Assembly (NCBI GenBank): GCA_021794355.1 | Contig: JAJYRA010000079.1 | Span: 14,065-78,064 of the forward strand | Direction: 5' to 3' | Source of the DNA: Thermoplasmata archaeon | Lineage (GTDB): Archaea; Thermoplasmatota; Thermoplasmata; Thermoplasmatales; Thermoplasmataceae | DNA: 64,000 bases | Part shown: in pieces, positions 58,500 through 64,000 of the stretch | Position numbering within the stretch: the stretch's first letter is position 1 | Layout of the letters: every line of letters starts with the position of its first letter | Notes under the pieces: model-generated | What the model saw: the letters and a program-made list of their open reading frames with translations, nothing else | Database searches by the model: none | What the model was told of the DNA's origin: nothing | Translations under genes and position numbers: made by a program

Positions 58500-59552
58500 T
58501 TAAAACCTCTGCTTGATATCCATAATGTCTCCAAGCAATTCATCACCATCTCGTTGTAATTCTAGGTGTATTGAAACCAAAGAACAGGTTCTAAGTTTTC
58601 TCATTTCTAATACCCCTGCCGAATATCTCTTTTCTTGGGAAAAATCGCCCAAACTTTCCATCCAGTAGTCTCCCCTAGATGCGATAAAGTAACCATTTTG
58701 CGGCAAAGAGCACTCTTTTCCAAAAAATATCTTATTCTTTAATACTATCGCATAATAGTCATTTTCCCCTATGCGAGGGTTATTAATAGTAGGAACAACA
58801 AACTCGGGTTTTACACTAGAGACCTTGAATGGACAATCCCTATGATGATCCCGTTGCGCCTTTTTGTGGTGGAATACTACATCATCAGTGTGATTTTCCG
58901 CCAATATGCTATCCCATTTTCCGATTCTGCTCAAGGATGATTCAATAGAGCTTACAAGCTCCGGAAAAGGGATAAATTTGTTAGAATGATATGCGTCTAA
59001 CTCAAACTCGTTCCTAATTCCACTCGCGAGGGTGAAGACCAATATAGTACTTGGACATGATACTACATAACACAGCTTTATCTCTTTACCGCTTTTGTAC
59101 AGTTGCGCTGCACTTTTTTCTCCTAGGCCAATGAATCCTTTGTTATCGGAAAAACCACTCCAATATCCAGTGTCGTTCCATAACCAAGAATCATCAGTCA
59201 GTCTGTAGGACTGCTCTATCATGCTAAGAAATGTTTCTAGAACACCAAGAGGATTAGCCTTTACCTTTACCTTATAGACACAATGTTTTATAGGGATTTC
59301 TCCAATAGAACGCGGAATGTACTTTTCAGCCGTATAATCCATTAAGGGATGTAAGAAAATTCTACGTCTCCTATCAACCACACTTTCCATTCTGCTCCCT
59401 TTTGAAATAGGATCGAACAAAAGATAGGGATGGTACACAACCAAAGGATCGCTGGCTTGTGAAGACCAAGACACGTACGGGTAAAACTTTCGATCCTTCT
59501 CGATTGGCCAACTGAAAACTCTTGTTGAGTAACTTCGTTTGATAATCCCCAT
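58500..59552 (-). CDS. Hypothetical protein (350 aa), island
   Basis: Long open frame with no motif I recognise. Confidence 0.65.
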   Translation of the reverse strand: MGIIKRSYSTRVFSWPIEKDRKFYPYVSWSSQASDPLVVYHPYLLFDPISKGSRMESVVDRRRRIFLHPLMDYTAEKYIPRSIGEIPIKHCVYKVKVKANPLGVLETFLSMIEQSYRLTDDSWLWNDTGYWSGFSDNKGFIGLGEKSAAQLYKSGKEIKLCYVVSCPSTILVFTLASGIRNEFELDAYHSNKFIPFPELVSSIESSLSRIGKWDSILAENHTDDVVFHHKKAQRDHHRDCPFKVSSVKPEFVVPTINNPRIGENDYYAIVLKNKIFFGKECSLPQNGYFIASRGDYWMESLGDFSQEKRYSAGVLEMRKLRTCSLVSIHLELQRDGDELLGDIMDIKQRF

Positions 59553-59612
59553 TGCTGACTACCTATCCGTTGGTTCGTAATATTTTTTATCCTAATCCTA
59601 ATTCCATGTATC

Positions 59613-60626
59613 ATGATGTATCCTGATATGGCAATCAGAGGACTAAATGAGGAAGACCTTCAGGAATTCCTGACTACTGCCTTTCAAAACGATGGTGGCG
59701 TTGTAAGGAATAATCACGACATCGATCCTAGATCAGAAAATGGGGCAGATCTTGATGTCACGTTGGACAAAGATCGAATTCTGGTCGCGGTAAAGGTCAA
59801 ACCAAAGAAAAGCGATATAGATCAACTGAATCGGCTTGCTCTAAGAAGTGGCGAGGGGAAGTTGGAATACGCCCATTCACAACCGACAACTGGAGAATTC
59901 CATAACAGAGCAATCCAGATTCGAGATAAAGTTCATTTTCTAACCGGTGAGGAACTTCATGAATTCCTTGTCAAAGGGGAATGCATGGCATATGTGAACA
60001 GAGTGCTGGAAATGCATCCCTTGCTACAAGAATATGCTGATACACTTGCTCTGATCTGGACTCATAAAAGGGTTACGAGATCTGATGTTGTGAATAAAAG
60101 AGAAATTGACTTCCTATTCAAAATGAAAGACGAAGTTTTAAAAAAAAGAGCCGGTGTTACTATGGTCTATCTACATTGTGACAGAGTGATCAACTCTATG
60201 GAGAAGAGGGATCCAATGGATTTTGTGCCTTTACTCAACGAAGTCCTTCTTGACTTGGATTTAGTACAAGTTTTCTCTGGGGAGGGTTTGTTCACTCAAT
60301 TCGAGGAGGTTGCGCATGTGGCTCCGCATCTGTTAAGCGGATTCTGGTCAGCGATAAGCAGACGAACTTATTGGAAAGAGTTTGTAAAGGAATCTGGCGC
60401 CTTGAACACTTTTGAAAGTGTGTCTCAGTTTGCGAAGAGATTCTGGTTGCTCCCCAATAAGGGTTCTGTGGGCAAAGCAAAGAATCTGGCTGGAAATGCT
60501 ATTGGTTTCCTATCTGGGCTTAGAGATTCGTTAGAATGCATAGCTAGGTGCTTCAAAGATATGGATGACATAATTGATGGGATGTGGGCTGGATACTATA
60601 CTGATTCAGAAAGTGAGTTCGAGTGA
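59613..60626 (+). CDS. Protein with N-terminal Mrr-like PD-(D/E)xK domain and helical C-terminus
   Basis: EEDLQEFL..AF, ENGADLDV...RILVAVK, SDIDQL, HFLTGEELHEFL follow the Mrr_cat pattern; the catalytic (Q/E)xK reads AVK. Confidence 0.6.
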   Translation: MMYPDMAIRGLNEEDLQEFLTTAFQNDGGVVRNNHDIDPRSENGADLDVTLDKDRILVAVKVKPKKSDIDQLNRLALRSGEGKLEYAHSQPTTGEFHNRAIQIRDKVHFLTGEELHEFLVKGECMAYVNRVLEMHPLLQEYADTLALIWTHKRVTRSDVVNKREIDFLFKMKDEVLKKRAGVTMVYLHCDRVINSMEKRDPMDFVPLLNEVLLDLDLVQVFSGEGLFTQFEEVAHVAPHLLSGFWSAISRRTYWKEFVKESGALNTFESVSQFAKRFWLLPNKGSVGKAKNLAGNAIGFLSGLRDSLECIARCFKDMDDIIDGMWAGYYTDSESEFE

Positions 60627-60876
60627 GTGTTTGCCTTCGTCATATGATATCAAGAGGATTCTTTCAAAGATTGATTTCTTGAAGGAATTCACGTCCATTA
60701 CCAAAGAGGAAATGGATGAGGCAAGAAAACTCATAAAGCCAAATTCATGCGTTCCAAACATACGGAAAGATTGGGAAAGGAAGCCTGTTCTTGACGCTCT
60801 TGTAAAGATCATCGAAACACGCGGTATTTTACCAGAGAAGGAATCGAAATGGTGGGTTAAAGCGATCACGATCTAA
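60574..60876 (+). pseudogene. Short ORF, probably a gene fragment
   Basis: The helical protein-like part (IKRILSKIDFLKEF...) has no clean start and overlaps the upstream gene. Confidence 0.3.
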
Positions 60877-61014
60877 GCCTATTTTGACGTTATATCGATA
60901 CCATCCTACAGGATCACAAATATTATTATCCGATGCGTCTATTCTATATTGAGAGCTTAGGAAGAGGTTAAAGGCTCAGATAATTGTTAAGGTGAGCTTT
61001 TTATTGGTGGTTTA

Positions 61015-61239
61015 ATGATTGGGAAAAGTGAAAAAAAAGAGGAAAAGGATGAGTTAGCGCAATATACATTTGAGGGAGAGAAGCGACCTAAAATACCACT
61101 AGCAGGGCTAGTTTCAGATAAGACAAATTCACTTAACGAGAACAAGACATGTATGTTTGATCCACACCGAGACCCAGAATTACAATGGACGAAAAAGGCT
61201 GAGAACCCGAGTTATACAATAATCAGTAGGAAATGGTGA
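61015..61239 (+). pseudogene. N-terminal fragment of a type III R-M Mod-like methyltransferase
   Basis: QY.F...KRPKIP.AGL...FDPHRDPELQWTKKAE.PS matches the YDPHLDPQLxWAGK N-terminus of that family as I recall it; stops after 74 aa. Confidence 0.55.
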
Positions 61240-61243
61240 ACCA

Positions 61244-64000
61244 ATGGCTTATCAGTTGTTCGGAAAGGAATTCTGGATTGATCAACTAACCAAGATTGGA
61301 TATAATGTGAATGTTCAGGAATTTCCATTAACCCTTTTAAGGGAACAAAAAATTCTGCCAGTTAACACAAACCCATCAAAGGTCTACAGGCTTTTCCACA
61401 ATGGACTGATAGAAATTGTCGTATTTGAAGTTAAGGACGACGAATTCTCACGTGGAAGATGTGTTTCCTTAGCAAGATCGTGGAAAAGAAACAATCTCAC
61501 TAGCCCTGTCATAATCTTGACGAATTCCAAGGATTCATACGTCAGCATACTTCCAGGAACTGGTTTCAACTCGGAGGCTAAAGTGCTTTATCTCTCAGAA
61601 CAGCTCTACCACACGGATAAGCTGGTTCTAGAGTCATTGAAATGCGAAACGGATAAAGTGGTTCTGTTAAAATGTTATAACGAAAAATTCTTCCCTTACC
61701 AGAAAGTGAGGGATGAATTCTTCACCGGTTACAGCAAAATGTTTCAGAAACTTCAGGAATCATTGTCTGTCCATCTCGGTCAACATACACGATCGTTTTC
61801 GCAGAAGTTTCTTGGCAGACTCATGTTCCTTTACTTTCTTCAGAAGAAGGGCTGGCTAAAAAAGGATAAACATTTTATTGATTCCATCTCAGGATATAAA
61901 GAGCTCAGCCACATATATTATAACGGCCTTAACACGGGGAAATTGGAAGGCATACCTTTTCTTAACGGCTCGCTCTTTGATAGGGAAGATTATCTCAGTG
62001 ATGAAAAAGAGGCGGAAATATCTGGAATGCTCAATGATATGTTCTTAAAGGCAAGGAAATTTTTTAATAATTATAATTTCACCGTAGACGAAACCTCTCC
62101 ACTGGAAGTTGAAGTAAGCATCGATCCTGCCCTTATAGGGACTGTTTTCGAAAACCTGCTGCTTGAAAAAGAACGTGGAAAGAAGGGCACCTTTTATACA
62201 CCAAAGGATGAAACCTCATTTATCTGTAGGCGAGCGCTGGTAAAATACCTTGGGTTGGAAGATGGATTTTCTGCTGACCAGAAAGAGTTCAGGGATGGAT
62301 TACAGAATCATCTGGAAGTCCTAAGAAAAACGAGGAAAATAGACGAGATCAGGGAATTGAAAGACAAACTCATGAAGGTAAGGGTTGTTGACCCGGCTGT
62401 TGGATCCGGAGGTTTTCTAGTGATCATGATGCAGGAGATAGTTTCTACAATCATGGAGGCAGATGCAATAGCAGGTTGGAAATCAGACCCATATGAATAC
62501 AAGAAGGAAGTACACAAAAACCTTTGGGGCTTCGACATAGAGCCAGAAGCAGTTGAAATTGCACGACTCAGACTCTGGCTTTCCATGATTATAGATCAGG
62601 AAGTACCTGTGCCTCTTCCAAATCTGGATTTTAAGATTGTAGACATACCCGACTCATTGCAGCTCGAGAGCTACCAGAAAAGAATTGACCCGGAAATAGA
62701 GGAGGAAAGAGACCTTGTGGGCAAGTTGAAAGCGCAGTACTCAAACGAGCATGACCATGAAAGCAAAGTTAAGCTGAAGCAAAGAATCAGTCTCCACTCC
62801 AACAACTTGTTAAAATATGGCCTCAATATAAATGTAATTGAGAGTGATATGGTGGAACCAGCGGATATCGTTGTCATGAACCCTCCCTATGTGAGACAGG
62901 AATCCATCGATCCGGAAAGAAAGAAATATTACATCAATACATACAAGTTTGATAAGAAATCTGACATCTATGTATACTTCTTCCAGAGGGCACTTCGGCT
63001 TCTCAAGCCTAATGGTGCTGTATCGGCCATAACATCAGACAAATGGCTCGAAACATCGTATGGAATAAGACTTCAAGAACACCTGAAAAGCAGGTTGATC
63101 TCAATATATGGTCAAAGAAACAGGTCTTTTGAGGCCGATGTTAACACGGTAATAACAGTTTACAGCAATGAAATGCAGAATGGCCCCGTTGATTTTACCT
63201 ACCTTGAGAGTTATGCTTCAAAAAACATAGTTCGGAGAATTCCAGTAGAGAGGGCGGACCTTAAACCAGGTAAATGGTTCTATCTTCGTGCTCCAAAGAT
63301 GTTCATGGAAAAGATATACCCAAAGCTTACACACAAGCTGGGTGATTTCGCTGAAATAAAACGTGGTTTCACAACAGGTGCGAACGATTTCTTCTACATG
63401 AAAGATGTTTCATCACAATACGAGGCGGATTATCTCTCCAACCCAAAGAAGTTCGAGGAGTGGGGTGTTAGCGTCAAGAATGAGAAGGAGTTGAAAGATC
63501 TGGGATTAATTTATATTGAGAACGAGGGTGGGGAGAGATTCGTAATAAACACGTCCGATACACAACCTCTCGTCAGGACTACAAAAGAGCTTAAAGGTTA
63601 CACAATCAAGGAGATGGGGAAATTATGCCTGTACACTAAGGTCCCTGGTGAAATGACCAAAAGGTATATTGAATGGGGAAGAAAGCAATCGATAAACATA
63701 AGAGGCCAAAAAGAACCTGTCATAGGCTATAACAACGTACCATCGGTATCTGGAAGGAGAAACTGGTATTCTCTTAACGATCTTGATCCAACAAACATTA
63801 TTTTGCCCATGTATGTGATGGATAGATTCTTCATTCCCATGTCGGATGAACCCGTTATTTGTGATCATACGCTATATACAATAAAATCAAAAGTGAAAGA
63901 AATATCAACATACCTAAATTCCACGATATTTTACACGACCATGGAACTATACCTAAGGAGGTTAGGTGGAGGTGGAGGTGTAGGTGAGATCATGGTAGAT
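61244..64000 (+). CDS. Type IIG / Eco57I-like N6-adenine methyltransferase (R-M) protein, 3' end outside window
   Basis: Not in the ORF track. Open from ATG 61244 to the window end; motifs GRLMFLYFLQKKGWL, PFLNGSLF, GTFYTP, motif I DPAVGSGGFL (about 62390), GFDIEPEAVEIARLRLWL, motif IV MNPPYVRQE (about 62876). Confidence 0.9.
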   Translation, partial: MAYQLFGKEFWIDQLTKIGYNVNVQEFPLTLLREQKILPVNTNPSKVYRLFHNGLIEIVVFEVKDDEFSRGRCVSLARSWKRNNLTSPVIILTNSKDSYVSILPGTGFNSEAKVLYLSEQLYHTDKLVLESLKCETDKVVLLKCYNEKFFPYQKVRDEFFTGYSKMFQKLQESLSVHLGQHTRSFSQKFLGRLMFLYFLQKKGWLKKDKHFIDSISGYKELSHIYYNGLNTGKLEGIPFLNGSLFDREDYLSDEKEAEISGMLNDMFLKARKFFNNYNFTVDETSPLEVEVSIDPALIGTVFENLLLEKERGKKGTFYTPKDETSFICRRALVKYLGLEDGFSADQKEFRDGLQNHLEVLRKTRKIDEIRELKDKLMKVRVVDPAVGSGGFLVIMMQEIVSTIMEADAIAGWKSDPYEYKKEVHKNLWGFDIEPEAVEIARLRLWLSMIIDQEVPVPLPNLDFKIVDIPDSLQLESYQKRIDPEIEEERDLVGKLKAQYSNEHDHESKVKLKQRISLHSNNLLKYGLNINVIESDMVEPADIVVMNPPYVRQESIDPERKKYYINTYKFDKKSDIYVYFFQRALRLLKPNGAVSAITSDKWLETSYGIRLQEHLKSRLISIYGQRNRSFEADVNTVITVYSNEMQNGPVDFTYLESYASKNIVRRIPVERADLKPGKWFYLRAPKMFMEKIYPKLTHKLGDFAEIKRGFTTGANDFFYMKDVSSQYEADYLSNPKKFEEWGVSVKNEKELKDLGLIYIENEGGERFVINTSDTQPLVRTTKELKGYTIKEMGKLCLYTKVPGEMTKRYIEWGRKQSINIRGQKEPVIGYNNVPSVSGRRNWYSLNDLDPTNIILPMYVMDRFFIPMSDEPVICDHTLYTIKSKVKEISTYLNSTIFYTTMELYLRRLGGGGGVGEIMVD

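Noticed and set aside
179-63868. Many short ORF-track entries antisense to or nested within clear genes (e.g. 554-811, 14808-15233, 20871-21416, 30158-30748, 43118-43360, 62308-62586)
   Set aside because: They shadow well-supported genes and have no motifs or ribosome binding sites.
1-64000. CRISPR array or rRNA genes
   Set aside because: No regularly spaced 25-40 bp repeats and no rRNA-like sequence were seen by eye.

Overview
Archaeal chromosomal DNA, most likely Thermoplasmatales. This is inferred from GatDE, archaeal DnaG, a PolB2 operon, an 11-subunit complex I with split NuoJ, a Grs-like radical SAM enzyme and GGTGA-type ribosome binding sites. Positions 1 to about 54.6 kb are mostly core genes: an EndoIV-like gene, dnaG, a protease-less Lon-type ATPase, peroxiredoxin, tatAC, nuoA-N without nuoEFG, gatDE, mqnD, a GDGT ring synthase-like enzyme coupled to a cdc6/orc1 paralogue, the PolB2 three-gene operon, aroB-E-K-A, argS, a 987-aa surface glycoprotein, rtcB, purN, rfcS and a Hef helicase. 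One IS200/IS605 tnpB right-end remnant lies in this part. From tRNA-Ala(CGC) (54658-54729) to the window end is a foreign-looking island. A 22-bp copy of the tRNA 3' end (57916-57937) brackets an integrase-less 3.2-kb cassette encoding a 654-aa protein with a CorA-like tail and a reading frame that crosses the att site. Further along are a 356-bp MITE-like element (14-bp TIRs, 6-bp TSD), a divergent pair of an unknown gene and an Mrr-like gene, a truncated type III Mod fragment and a type IIG/Eco57I-like R-M gene that runs off the window. No CRISPR array or rRNA was seen. Family assignments rest on motifs recognised by eye; no database searches were run.
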